Source of the DNA: Camelus dromedarius
Taxonomy: Eukaryota
DNA length: 64,000 nt
Assembly (NCBI RefSeq): GCF_036321535.1
Contig: NC_087436.1
Span: 101,062,001-101,126,000 of the forward strand
Direction of reading: 5' to 3'
The notes below the pieces were generated by a model that was not told the DNA's origin, searched no databases, and saw only the letters and a list, made by a program, of their open reading frames with translations. This document shows, piece by piece, positions 13,718 to 27,293 of the stretch. Position 1 is the stretch's first letter. The number at the start of each line of letters is the position of its first letter. The translations under genes were made by a program, and so were the position numbers.

Positions 13718-14982
13718 ACACCACACACAAAAAATAAACTCAAAATGGATTAAAGACCTAAATGTAAAATGGGAAATGACACAATTCCTAGAATAACTCT
13801 TTGACATAAATCATAGCAGTACTTTTTGGATCTATCTCCTAAGGCAAAGGAAATAGACAAAAGGGAAAAAGAAACAAATGGGACCTAATTAAACTTAAAA
13901 GCTTCTGCAAGCAAAGGACCATCAACAAAATGAAAAGACAACCTACAGAATCAGAGAAAATATTTGCAAATGATATGACCAATAAGGAGTTAATATCCAG
14001 AATATATAAACAGTTCATACAACTAATACCAAAAAAATCAAACAACCCAATTTAAAAATGGGCAGAAGACCTGAACAGACATTTTTCCAAAAAAGATACA
14101 CAGCTGGCAAACAGGCACAAGGAAAGATGCTCAACATAGCTAATCATCAGATAAATGCAAATCAAAACCACAATGAGATATCACCTGACACCTGTCAGAA
14201 TGGCTATAATCAAAAAGTCTATAAATAACAATATTGACAAGGATGTGGGGAAAAGGGAATCCTAATACACTGTTGGTAGGAATGTAAATTGGTGTAGCCA
14301 TTGTGGAAAACAGTATGGAGGTCCCTCAAAAAACTAAAATAGAACTACCATATGACCCAGCAATTCTACTCCTGGGTATATATATCTGAAGAAAAAGAAA
14401 ACACTATTTCGAAAAGATATATGAACCCCAGTGCTCACAACAGCATTATTTACAATAGCCAAGAAATGAAAGCAACCTAAGCGTCCATCAGTAGGTGAAC
14501 AGAATACTACTGGAATACACACACAAGAATACTACTCAGCTATTAAAAATAAAATATTGGCATTGGCAACAACATGGATGGACCTGGACAGTATTATGCT
14601 TAGTGAAATAAGTCAAACAGAGAAAGACGAATACTGTATGTTATCACTATATGTGGAATCTAAAAACATAAAACAAATGAAGGAATATAACAAAACAGAA
14701 ACAGACTCACAGATATAGAGAACAACTCTGGTTACCAGTGTGGAAGGGGAAGGAGGGATGGGCAAGATAGGGGTAGGGGATTAAGAGGTACAAACTACTA
14801 TGTATAAAATACATGAACTACAGGGATGTATTGTGCAGCACAGGGAATATGGTCAGTGTTTTATAATAACTTTGAATGGAATGTAATTTATAAAAATATT
14901 GAACCACCATGTTGCAGACCTGAAACTAATATTGTAAATCAACTATACTTCAATAATATGTATGTATACACATGTATATATA
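13718..14982 (+). mobile_element. 5'-truncated LINE-1 (ORF2 C-terminus plus 3'UTR; L1MA9/Cetartiodactyl-type), non-coding relic
   Basis: Contains aaaataaactcaaaatggattaaagacctaaatgtaa, the CCHC-region DNA (aaatgcaaatcaaaaccacaatgagatatcacct...tgttggtaggaatgtaaattgg) and the 3' end gaaactaatattgtaaatcaactatacttcaataa. The tail has decayed to a TATG/TA microsatellite. TSD caaaatcttc (13708-13717) / cagaatcttc (14983-14992). Confidence 0.95.
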
Positions 14983-17131
14983 CAGAATCTTCTTTTCCAA
15001 AGGTAACTGGTCTCTAGACCATGGCCTTGGCCTCATCAGTTCTGCACTCTGATCGACTGGCCTTCTCTGGGAAGCTAAATTTCCAGCAAGACGGATAAGC
15101 ATCATTTACTAGTGCAAACTTTTGCCATAGACACTGAAAATGTCCTCTCCTAGCAACTCCTCATTTGATAGGACTTTAATCTAGCAGAGTTTCTCTTTGG
15201 GATAAGTGTTCACTCTAGGGTGCTGTTGTCTGGTTTGATGGCAATGCAAGCCTGACTAAACTGGGGGCCAAGCAAACCTGAAGCATCTGAGGTCCTGGAG
15301 ATGACTCTTTAGAATGAGGCTCATTTTTCTCACAGGAGTAATTTCTTTAAAACAAAATAAAATAGCCCAGGCAGTTAATGTCATTATCAAGACTGAAAGA
15401 TTCTATATTCAGTTCTCCCAGGAAGCACACAGGTATCTGCCTAGTACCCTGCACTGTCCCCTAGAGGAGTATGCCTGGCTTTAGCCTTTAGTGGCCTCCT
15501 TCTACCATATTTATTACACAAATGCTTAATTGCAATAACTTAAACTTACCACTCCCTAGACACTTGGTCTAGTCTATTCAGCCATGGTGATAATGAGCAG
15601 GTATGTGTAAGCAGCAGAGTCCATTTTTCATACGGAAGGCATTTGGTCTTCCAATGAGAAATAATATTTTAAGGAGGAATTAGTGGAATAAATAGTACAA
15701 TTTGTTGCAAATGAAATTCACCTCTGGTTTAATCCACAAGTGGCATTGTAGTTTCTGAGAATATGATGACAGGTTTCTTTGCCATATACTTATATTCAAC
15801 TAGATGAGCCTTATCACCAGGAGATGAACCTTCCAGATCACATGTACAGCAGTCACATTTCTCCATGGCTATTAGCTCACATATCTGCAAGCCTGAATGT
15901 GTGCTAAACTGCTGACTTTGAATCCAAAAGTGGAAATAGCCATAAGCAAATCAAGAAACAGGAAGACAGATGTTCCTACCTCCACTGCAGTGCGCTGAAT
16001 ACTGATATTTGGTGGTACTTTGAAATTTAAGTGTTATTCAAAAGGAATGCCAATTCACACATATTTAATTTAAGTTAGATCTTTTACGTAAATTAAACCT
16101 ACTTATTAAGTTACCATGCACATTGAAAAACAATGAAAATGGAAGCTTGGAAAATTTTAGATTACTGAAAATAGTATCATGTTAATAGACAGATTATTTT
16201 CTGCTTCTTTTGTCATGAAAAGCAATGTATTTGAAATTTACAATTTTAAGATTACATAGCATGTGACACAAAACGTTAGGATTAAAACGGAAAGTAGTTT
16301 CTTATGAAAAACATAAAAATTTCTTAAGAAAAATGACTCCACAATATTCATATAACATATTAAGCAGTAATAATCGCGCCTCAATAGACTAATCAGACTT
16401 GACGAGGATGCAGCCACTGTATGCGTAGAGGGATTAGTTGCAGAAAGAATCATGGCCTTTTTGTGGCAAGAGGAAGTGGTCTAGGTAACCAAGGATGACA
16501 GATCAGTGGGAGGGGTCAGTAACAGTATTTAATTGGCAATTGTCCAGTTTCCTAATCTCTGAGAAGGCTCATCAGATATATTTCCATTTGGGGAAGTAGA
16601 ATACAATAATATATACATAAATACATAAGTCCTTTGCTTTTTTATATTCTACATGCATTATAGTCAATATAGAAGAGAAAATTCATATACATGACATATT
16701 AGGATGTGATTATTCATCTCACATCTTCATTTACCAATCATTCACTATTTAAATCCATTAGAGAAAAGGCAACTGGTCTACTTAACATATATGATTTTCA
16801 CACCCCTCTGCAGTACACTTTATTATACAAAAAGGCTCCACTTTACAATTCTGTTTAGAGTGACTATTTTTCTCTGTTAGCATTGTTTGACTCAGTTTCT
16901 AGTTAACTGTAAAATATTCCAGTAAGTTTTAGTTTAAGTAAGTTTTAATTTGGGAATAACTTCTGAATTTTCTTCCCTTTTCACATAGTTTGCAGTTTAA
17001 GAAGTCTATCTTTCCACATATTTTGTAACCAACAGATAATAACTTCTATCAATTTTCTTTCATATCTAATAAAAATTTTTTGAGGTAAAACCGTATAAAA
17101 ACCTATTAATGTATTTAACATTCGTACTTTT

Positions 17132-17174
17132 TATTTATTATTTATTTATTTTTATTAAAGTAGAGTTGATTTAC
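17132..17174 (-). mobile_element. Ultra-short L1 3' terminus plus (TAAA)n tail
   Basis: ttattaaagtagagttgatttac is the reverse of the L1 end gtaaatcaactatacttcaataa. Flanked by degenerate TSD aacattcgtactttt / aacattcacattttt. Confidence 0.75.
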
Positions 17175-19609
17175 AACATTCACATTTTTGACAGATTATC
17201 TCTCTTTTCCTATATTTTCTATGTGAAATGCAAGTAAGTTCATGTAAATTAAAGTGAAAAATGACAACATCATTGTAGTGTTTTCTGAAGTAATTTATAT
17301 ACTAGAAACTCTAGGAAGTGCAATTTAACTATCAACAGAATAAAACGGCCAACTGACAACTGGGGGAAAAACCAAAAACACATACAATCAGCTAGTTGGT
17401 TGCAACATGTAGTTAAGTATGAGTCCTGTATTAATCAATAAGTGACCTTTGGTCATCTTTCCTCCTTCCCTAATGGAATTTGTTGTTGCTGCTATTGTTG
17501 TATTTAGCTAAAGTTAAAGAATAGTGGATTTGGATCAGACACAATAGTAAGTTTACTCACAGGGAGTAATCATTTCTTCATTAAGTGGAAGAGGAACTCT
17601 TTACAGATACCAAGATCCTAACCACATCTAACCCACATCTAACTTGGTATTCTAATTATATAAATTATTCCATTTATTTATACACAGGAAATGTCTCTCT
17701 GGGTTATGTCAAAATTAAGCTTAACATTTCTATGCCGCAATGCATGTTAAAAACCAAAACCTGAAATGACAGCAGCAGAATCGAGGTACCTTCCAGAGAA
17801 AAGCAACACTTTCAGTCCATTCAGCCTACTCCCATTCCTTGAGTGGTTCAAAATGGTTAATGTACTTCCAAAACGCAATCAATGTATTCTCCTATCTCTG
17901 GTAAGACAGATACAATTGTTTACTGAATCATGAGATCAAACCAACTTAGAAACCCAATTCATTATTTTAGTGACTGAAGAGGGGTTAACAGATGATTCAA
18001 AATGACAGTTGGTAATTTTAGGACTCTCCCCTCATTTAAATAGGGCTGGAGAGATGATCTTTTTAAATATGCAGGCAGAGGGTGTACAAAATATTATCTC
18101 ATATGACCACAGTGAGAGTTTTGATTTTTCATCAAGCATTTATTGAGCACCTACTGTGAGCCTGTGCCCAACCTTGGGGAACCTTCTGTCCATGTTGGTT
18201 TGGCATGACTAATAACAAGGAGACCCCCACTTAACAGGGCTGCTACAATACGTGTGAAGAAAACCTTGCCTGTTGAATGGTATCAGTTGCTTCACTTGGA
18301 TGATATGATTAAAATGTCACTGCTATGAATTCATACACTAGGTTTTAAATGTGCCCCTAGAAACAACAATTTAAGATTTTAAATATACCCTTAGAAATAA
18401 CATGCTTTCCACAAGAAGGCTGGTACAACGCACCTCTACCTAAGTATCTCATGCATGCCATTTTTCCAAGAAATCTATCATTGATTCTATTTTCCCTCTG
18501 ACCTTGAAAACTATTAAGATAAACTCGTGACTTGAACTCCATTAATGTGCATCAAAATAGATTAACTCTTTGAAAAGATTTTCAACTCTGCATGAGAACA
18601 AAGTTGTTCATATATTTAGGTGTAAATTTTCAAAATACCTGATTTTCAGCAGTTGATACTGACTACACAATGATCAACAAAAGTAACAAATGATGAAATC
18701 GAATGCAATTCCATCTTTTAGGAGACACATAAAACAAAGTGCACTACAAATCATGTCCTAGTCTAAGGTATTTATGGTGAGCATGCAATTACAGTGAAAG
18801 TATATTAAGTGTGGAGGACATTTTTTCTATCACCTCAGCTTCAGAATCTTTCAAATTAAATAAGTATGAATTGCATTAAATGAAAATCAGACACACTTGG
18901 CATACAAATTATAACCCTCTTTGACAGTGATCTTCATTTTCTCTGTTTAAAAGAAATCCCTAGAAACAGTGGTCAATGGCAAATTTTACTCGACAGTTCT
19001 TATTTCTGAAAGTCTGCTAACAATATCTTTTTAGTTTACAATTTAAATCACCACAAGGGAATGCTGCACATACCACATAGCAAAATCACATAATAACATT
19101 TTCTTTGATGTCTGTCCTGATGTCTAGGCTGAATTGATCACGATCTTTCCACGTTCAATGTGCACCTCTATTATTGCACTTATCCTATTTTTTGAAACTC
19201 TTTATGTATTTACCTGCCTACTAAAATTTTTCATTTAGTTAGGGCTGATTTTTGTCTCTGCTGCTGAGCACAAAGCAGATTTTCTGCATTTTCTTTGTAT
19301 TGTAATATTGTGAAATTTATTATAATATTATTTTTCAAGTCTCATGCTATAGAGCATCACTATGAAAGTTCTCTTAAAAATTATGTTCTGTAGTCTAAGG
19401 TAAATTTGCTATAGGTTATAATTATTGCTTTTCCCTTTGCAAAGAGACCAGCAGTGAAATATATTGCTTTTATATATCACAAACCATATTTAATTTTATC
19501 ACTCAGTTACTTTCAAACTACCCTAGAAATGTTTGATTAAGTGCCTCTACTTTTGAATTTATTAATTCAATCCAATTTAATGCCTAGAACTAAAGTAAAT
19601 CTGTAGCAT

Positions 19610-20240
19610 TCTCAAACTTGTTTGACTATGGATGCTTTCAAACGTATACAAAATTCAACAAAATAATGTAAGCAGTGCCCAGGCACGCACTGGCAGGTGC
19701 ACTGGCAGGATGACAACAGTCATCCCCAGAGCAAAGTGCCCTAACCACGCTTCTGTCCACTTTCCTCCCTCCCCAAACACTAGGAAGTAAATCCCAGACA
19801 CTGCTTCATTTCGTCCATATTTTAGTACTCATATCTATAAAACATGGACTATCTTAACCGAGCCACATCATCATCACTCTTAAATGATTAATACGAATTC
19901 CTTAATACCATCAATCATCCAGTGACTATTCACATGTCCAGTTGGTTCATACATGTAATGATTTGTTCTATGTTTTTAAAGTAGAATCTAAATAGCTTCA
20001 TACATGATAACATGGCAATGAACTGCTGTATCTCTTAATCTATAGGCATTCTATCTCACTGTTTTTGTCTTGCCACCTATTTGTTGAAGAGGAAAGGAGA
20101 TATTTGTTTATTTATTGGCTGCTGCATTATCTCAGCTTGGATTTTGCTGATTGCATTCTTGTGGTCAAGTTGAACATGTCCTTCCATCCCATGGAGATAG
20201 TTATATAGAGACTTATCAGATCCTGTGTTTTATAAGATGA
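19610..20240 (-). mobile_element. Old L1 3'UTR (L1MC4/5-like)
   Basis: aattccttaataccatcaatcatccagtgactattcacat...tatttgttgaaga...ttggattttgctgattgcattcttgtggtcaagttgaacatgtcc. Confidence 0.7.
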
Positions 20241-20711
20241 CTTCGCAGAAAGTGCCTATTTTCAATGTTTGAGTTTTAAAATTATGGTGGATCCATTATT
20301 TAAATCCATTTAGAAAAGAAAAGGCTCACTGTTGCTTCCATTATGAAAATCAGATAAATGCCCCTTGAATATAAACTTATAAATTTCATTGAATGCAAGC
20401 TAATTTACCTACATGGTCTGGCATACAATCTTTCAAACTGAATTTTATACCTTTGTAGTTTGTACCATATCAAAACTATTGAATATAAAATTAACACAAT
20501 TATATTAGACCAAAATGTAATAACATTTGTTTAATATCTTATAGAAAAAAATAAGTTCTATAAAAAGAAAGGAATGGCTCCTTGTATGTATTCCATGAAA
20601 TACTATGGCAAAACCTTATATATTTTAGATAACGAATGTGTGTCTACCTTTTGCTATAGCCCTAATTGCATTTGGTACTTGAAAATGTGGCTCATTGTAT
20701 TAGAAACTGCA

Positions 20712-20850
20712 CACTCATTTATTGAGTGCTTACTACATTTGAGTGTTCTGGACTCCTGGAGTAGAAAGGTAACTTGAGACATATTCAGTATAACAGAAGA
20801 GAGACACATACACATAGTTGGTTCCTGACACAATCTCACTATGGTGTAAG
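20712..20850 (-). mobile_element. L2 fragment
   Basis: ctcatttattgagtgcttactacatttgagtgttctggac. Confidence 0.6.
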
Positions 20851-21036
20851 TATGCTTATAAAAACCTCAGCTTTAAAAATTCAAGTTGAAAAAAAAATGA
20901 TTATTTCATGAAATCTGACATCCTTACTATTAATAGGGAATTATTATTCAGACACAGCTGCCTTAGCATACCACTGCTTTATTTGCTAAGATTAAGATTT
21001 TGACCCCTCTGGTGGCTCTTAAATCTCTCTCTCATA

Positions 21037-21058
21037 CACACACACACACACACACACA
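21037..21058. repeat. (AC)n microsatellite
   Basis: Seen directly. Confidence 0.9.
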
Positions 21059-21099
21059 TTTCAAAAGAGGATAGGGATTCTTTTGAAAGGGACTGAGGA

Positions 21100-21290
21100 A
21101 ATGATGATAACACTTGCATACTGTTCATTTTGTGGCATGTGCTATTTTGCACCTATTAACTCATTTAATTCACTTAGCACAATATATACTATCACACAAA
21201 TTACCATATATGAGAAAACTCAATTTCAGCAACTTCCCTGACGTGTTACACTAATAAGCGGCAGAGCCAGGAATCACACTGAGGCAATGT
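21100..21290 (-). mobile_element. MIR SINE
   Basis: gatgataacacttgcatactgttc...attaactcatttaattc...ctaataagcggcagagccaggaatcacactgaggc. Confidence 0.75.
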
Positions 21291-21374
21291 GACCACGGGG
21301 TATGTGTTTTAAGCTCTCTGGTAAACTGCCTCTTCATCAAAACGTGTAGATGAGAAACAAAGGAGAAGTGTGTC

Positions 21375-21565
21375 ATCCGGACTGCGTCAGACTGCTTGGG
21401 CTTAGGTTCTGGCTCATGACCTTGTACAATGAACTTCATGCCTCCTTCTGTCTGTAAAATGTGAACGTCGATAGTTCCTCCCTCATGTGAATTCTGTAAA
21501 GATTCACAAAAATGGGCAAGTGTTTGACAAGCAGTAAGGTGCTCAAAAATGTTAGCTGTTATTTT
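21375..21565 (+). mobile_element. MIR SINE
   Basis: tcagactgcttgggctt...tgaccttgtacaa...tctgtaaaatg...cagtaaggtgctcaaaaatgttagctgtt. Confidence 0.8.
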
Positions 21566-21789
21566 TATCAGTATGCGCCCAAAACATAGGCCATGGTATT
21601 TAGATTTTTGTTTTGAAAAAAAGCAATCACCATATCTAACATATAATATTAAAATAAATAAAAAATGAGGTGGTCAAGGGAAAATATTTCTCCTCTTGCC
21701 TCCTGCAGAAATGAAAAGTTACAAGAGGAGACAGAAAGTGGAAAAAGGGACCAATCTGTCAAGAAAGATGAAAGAACATCTGCTCACAG

Positions 21790-21965
21790 TTATCACTTAG
21801 TATTCACTTTGACCCCACAAGAAAAGTGCTCTTATTCCCATATTACAGTCAGGAAAACCGAGTCTCACTGATTATTCAGAATCACACAGTCAGTGAATGG
21901 CGAACCCAGGAGGCTTTGAAACCATAACTCCCCAACATCATAGATCTTATTTTTCCACTACACTG
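21790..21965 (-). mobile_element. MIR SINE
   Basis: ttattcccatattacagtcaggaaaaccgagtctc...atcacacagtcagtgaatggcgaacccagg. Confidence 0.65.
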
Positions 21966-22663
21966 GTACTTTTCATTTTGTAGGTCATAAAAGAGTTTAA
22001 AGAGTCATGCAATAATTTTAGTAAATTGTGAGCAAGATTTTAAAAATATAGGAGAGAAGAGGAAAGGAAGTGTTAGTGTGCGTCCCATGAAGTGAGAGCA
22101 AACACTGGTGAAAATACTGCAGTTATATGTACATGTTTATATCCATGGGTCTACTGGGTTGCCATGGAAATTCTATCACTTAATGTCCAGAGTAGTCAAA
22201 AATTTTAGAAACACACAGTACCATGTCACATTCCTCACGCTGGTGTAATAACCAAACAAATATTTATTGATACCCAAACTATTAAGATCATGATCCAACA
22301 ACTGCTTGGACCTACACGTATTCTGAAAGTACATTAAGGAAAAGAGAAAAAAAAATCAAAATATGTACAGACAGACACATGCACGGACATATATACACAC
22401 ACATACATGCATTCAGATAGAGTAGAACATAGCTTTCTGTTCTGTCTCTTGTTCCCAGAAAGCGCTAGGAGAATTCGGCTTGATGGTTATACCATCACTA
22501 ACAAGCTGAGTGGGCTGATACATCAATTAAATTTTATGTTCCTTGGGTTTTCGCTCTATAAAAAAGAAGATAACAATTCCTTCTCTCTAATTACCTTCAT
22601 GGGACTCAGAGCTATTTAGGCAGAAGTCAGCGTAGTGATTTAGAGAAAGAGTTGAGAAAAAAA

Positions 22664-22694
22664 TGTGTGTGTGAGTGTGTGTGTGTGTGTGTGT
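22664..22694. repeat. (TG)n microsatellite
   Basis: Seen directly. Confidence 0.9.
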
Positions 22695-23910
22695 GGTGTG
22701 CGCTTGCTTCCTAGGAAGAAAGTTAGTATTGACTCACACAAAGAATGGCACAGTGTGAGATAACAAGGCAAAGGATGTGTCGCAACGAAGGAGAAATCAC
22801 AGCTTCTTGAGATCACAGGATATCCCTGTCACCTGGCTGGCTTTGTGGACAATTAGAGTCACGGGTGATAACATGCGAAGTATGAAGTGCTGGAGAAATG
22901 AGGAAGTCTCCCGAGATGAAGAAAGGCACTCGGTGTGCCAGCTAAGGAGCACTGTCTACTAACCTCCGGCGTGAGTTCAATCCCCAGAAATTGCAGCTAT
23001 TACTAAGGCTGTGACTTCCATAAGCCAAAGTTCTACTTTGTTTTTATCTTCTTTCAGCTCTTCAAAGAGCAAGGCATGCAATGAAAGATTTATTTCCCCC
23101 CATGACCAAAGCTCAGTGATGGTAGATTCACCAAGTGTATATTTTATTTATTTTACCAACTGTTACAAAGGAAAAAAGGGCTTCTAGCTAACATCCTCTA
23201 AAGCAGTAGAGAATAAGCATTCTCGGCATTGCTGGCCTCAAATAGTGAGGTCCAGAATAAGACCTGGGTCCCTACTTGGTGGCCCGTTAAGGCTGCCTCT
23301 CTGCTTTTTGGCCAGTTGTATTACTAGTGTTAAAAACGTTTTGCATCTGTTACTTTATATATGACCCAACTTTATATTACATATGGAAAAAAAATCCATA
23401 ACTTTAGATTTCAAAAAATGCACAGAAACCCAGTCTCATCAATGTAAGGACTATTTTGAAGAGTCAGTTTCAAACAACACTGCTAAAAAAAGCGAAGGTG
23501 AAACCCACATGTCACATGAACGAAGATTCCATTTTGGCCAGTTTTAAGTTAACATGAAAGCAGCAGATGGTGTGACTTATTGAAAGTACTTTTCAATTTT
23601 CCAGGCAAAGTAATTTCTTAAATGAAAGGGCTCCTTTACGCACATCAAAACCTCCTTCCAAAGCTTTTCAGAGACCTAACTGCAATCACCAAGCTAGAAA
23701 TGGTGGTAGGGGACAATGAGGACTCAGCGAAATCGTCTTCTAAGTTGTGTGAAAGTTAACGAGTTGTTCAGTGATCTCTGGTTGTTGCGAATGTGTCTGC
23801 CTGTTTTTCTGCATGTGTGGACAGCTGTTCTTCTGACTTGCCACACACCCATCTTTCTTCTTCTGGTACATAGTTACCAAGAGAAATCACTCCTTTCCTA
23901 CTTCCTGAAC

Positions 23911-24425
23911 CTGTGGTGAGGCTACGCTGATCCTACCAACAACTCCAGGATGGGTAACAGGATCTGGCCAATCTTTTTTCCCATCCACCTTGCCACTGCA
24001 ATTGGTCTAGTTTGAGAAAATGTCCTGTTTATCCATACTGACCTGCTCCAAGAAAATGATTTGGAGAAGTCATGTGATCTGAGTTTGTTGAATGAGAGCT
24101 AATCTGATGGTCTTGGCGTTGAGAAGGTGTAAATCTGAGTTTATAGAGACAGACCAGCATGGAAGAGGGGCAGTGAGGCCAGCACAGAGGATAGCAAGGA
24201 GAACAAAAAAGCAACCGAATCTTGATGTCATTGTTTGAGTCCCCAGATTCAGCCATAACTGCAAAGACAATGCCTCGGGCCTTCCAGGTGAGTTTGCCAA
24301 TCAATTCAATTTTGTACCCTCACTGTTTGTTTTACACTAATTCACTTCCTCCTCTTCTGATCATCATAACTCTACATTACTTTCTGTCCCTCGAAAACCA
24401 TTTGCTTGTATCTTGACTAAAAGAG
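23911..24425 (+). mobile_element. Old MaLR LTR (MLT1H-L-like)
   Basis: tcttgatgtcattgtttgagtccccagattcagccataactgcaa and the end ttgcttgtatcttgactaa are typical of old MLT1 LTRs. Confidence 0.6.
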
Positions 24426-25086
24426 TGGTTGGCATATGAGGCTTCAGTTAACTTAAAGAAATAAGTAGGACAAAAAGAAAAATATAGAAATAAACTGCTT
24501 AGGAGATAGGAGAACTCCTGTTCCTGTGTTTGTTTTGTTTTGTTTGCTTCAAGTTGTATGACACAAAGCAGATGATACCTCAGTGGATAAAGAACTCTAT
24601 TAGAAACTCACGGCAGAGGTGTTTCTATTGAGCAATGCTAATACTGATTTCTCTGTTTTTCTGTGAATCACAGCTATAACCCCGCTGTGTCCTATAACAG
24701 TTACACACATTCTACATATTGCTTTAAACCTGCATGAAGGTCTGGTTATTGAGACTATTTTAATTAAGCTATTTGTATGAAAAGTCTTTTGCAAATAAAC
24801 TTTCTATAGAAAACTTAAAAGTGGAATTTGTTTTCTTTTTCATGGGTATTTGTGTTTTTCTGTGGATTATGGATGATGACAACTTACACCTTAGAGACCC
24901 TCCCAGGAAACAATACATGCCACCTTTTTTTCCATTGGCTATGTTACCGCAGTTAGTTAAAACTCTTAGCTTTCGTCAACTGTTCCTAGGTATTACATTT
25001 TGCCATGGAGTTAAGAATTCATCCTAAACCATATGCTTAAGGACATTCCATTAAGTATTCCACAAGTCAATCTAATATATTAAGAG

Positions 25087-25272
25087 TAGGGGTTCCAGTC
25101 ATTAGTTTCTGAAATGAAAACTATTAATGGGCTTCAGAGAATCTGATAACCATGGAAGTCATAGGAGAAATATTTCAGAAACATATGTCTAGGTATATTT
25201 TTTCCCAGAGAAAGGATCCTAGCTTTTTTCAAATTCTCAAAAAAGTCTATAATCCCCAAAATGTCATTAAAT
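25087..25272. mobile_element. hAT-Charlie-type MITE remnant
   Basis: atgggcttcagagaatctg...tttttcccagagaaaggatcctagcttttttcaaattctcaaaaaagtctataatccccaaa. Subfamily uncertain. Confidence 0.55.
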
Positions 25273-26068
25273 AGGAGTAAGCAGAGAATTTTGATTTTTA
25301 AGGAAAACTCCAGGGAAAGGGGATGTTCTCAGAATTTCCATTTTCTATTTATCTTGTTGAAAAACAGCTTTAGTACAGTGTCAGCTTCTGCAGGTGATAG
25401 GCTTACAAATATGCAAAGTTAACTATGATATAATCTACTCAATATTGCATTTTATCATAGCAATAATTGCTGTATTGTTCAGTGGTCAGGGTCTCTGGCA
25501 GGCACTATAATCCAAATAAGAATTAAATGCAAGAAGTACATCTCCATGATAGCACAATTATGCTTAGTACACATAGACCCGAACCTTAAAGGCAAATTTA
25601 TAATCTCTCAAGATATTGTCACATAAGTGGTCAGAATTCAAAAGCTCGAGGATGAAATTTTTCAAAAATACAATAAAATAACATATAACCACAGTTCTAA
25701 AATTTTAAATTCTCTCATATAAAGACTTTCCTTTTAATGGACATTCACTTAGATAATCCTTAGTAATCACTCTTGGCGTTTTTATGTCTAAAATCAGGGT
25801 CAGATCATTGTTTCAAGTCATTTATTGAAGGAATAAATAGGAAGAACCAAAACAACAGGAAAAGGAAGAAGAGAGGTGGGAGGGAACAAGAATAAAAAGG
25901 AGTCCTTTTATATTAACTGGAAATTTGCAGAGAAACTTCCATCTCCCTTCAAGTTCAGCTGCTATAATTCTGCACTATTTCCTAATTATCATATACATAT
26001 ACACAATATATATATGTTACTAAATATTGTTAAAAGATCTACTTTTGATATTTTTCCCCATCTAGCTA

Positions 26069-26335
26069 TATTAGTTAAGAGACTGGTAGATAGGCAGCTG
26101 AAACAGAGAGACCAAAAACCAAAACAAAACAAGCAGAATAGCTTAAAATATAAGAAATCTATTCATTTTATATCAAGTTCTAGAGGTGAGTGATCTGGGC
26201 TGGCAGTATAGCTCTGCTTCAGGTGATCACTTGGATGCCCAGATTCCTTCCATCTTGTTCTGTCACACTGTCCGAAAGCTTAGTTTTGCCCAGGGCTAGT
26301 GGCTGGCCATCAGTATCCATTCCAGCCTTCTCTTA
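26069..26335 (-). mobile_element. Old MaLR LTR fragment (MLT1I/J-like)
   Basis: tattagttaag...tagcttaaaatataagaaatctatt...ggatgcccagattccttccatcttgttctg. Confidence 0.55.
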
Positions 26336-27234
26336 ACCATCACACGAACCCTATCTTCCCAAGCTACCTTGCAGGTAGGTAAGATCATTTGATTAATTTA
26401 TGGGCAGCAGCATGCACACAAAAGTGATACATACAAATTAGATCATGCTTATGAAGGACCAGAGGCGACTTCCCTCGCCTTTTTACTTTCTTACAGACGT
26501 CATAGAGAGTCACAGCAACCCAGACAGGGTGGTGAGGCATGAAACCACAGGAGCCTATACCTAACACCGTGGAGCCCAGCCACTGTACCAGTACGATGGG
26601 TTTTAACGTGAGCAAGACATGAAACATGCTACTTTTGTTTAAGCCAGTGTAACATAAACAAACTTAGGTCACAACAGTTGATCCTATGTCCCAACCGCTG
26701 CATCAGTGGAACACTTGCTGCTCTTCCTCACCCTCTTCTTTTGATACAAACATACTTGTAAGTATCTCCCACCCACATTTTTTTCATACTGGGTTATTTG
26801 TCTTATCAGAAAAATGAATAAAATAAATGAAGGCACCATGGGAAATTTAGACTGACCCATTACAAAAAAATTTAAAAAAAAAACAAATAATTGTCCCCAA
26901 AACTTTTACTTATCTTACCAACCAAATTTTAATATCCAAAAGAGAATCAGCAGTGACACCTTTCCATCTCTAGCGATTGATTCCAATGTAAATTGTCTAA
27001 GAGCAGAGATTTTGGCCTAAAGCTGTATGTACTGAATTCTCCACCGAATACCATGTAGCAAGTGGCATGAAAATACGGAGAACAAAATCTTAGGAGAAAC
27101 AGATGATGAAAAAGATAACAGGAGAGAGCTGAAAGCAGTATGTCAGGGATGTAAATTATGTGTGGGAGATAGAGGGTGGGGAGAGAGGAAGCTCTGATGA
27201 AGGCAGAGGGCCTAGGTTCCTCCAGGTCAAGACT

Positions 27235-27293
27235 TATTTTTTTTATTTACTTTATTTTATTTATTTTTTTTATTTTTTTATTTTATTATTTTA
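27235..27293. repeat. (TTTTA)n-like T-rich low-complexity tract
   Basis: Seen directly. Confidence 0.9.

Noticed and set aside
13839..14522. Minus-strand ORFs (MFDFFGISC..., MCIPVVFCS...)
   Set aside because: These are antisense translations of L1 ORF2, a common source of spurious proteins.
21100..21565. Inverted MIR pair as a dsRNA element
   Set aside because: The copies are too diverged for extended pairing, and such pairs are common.
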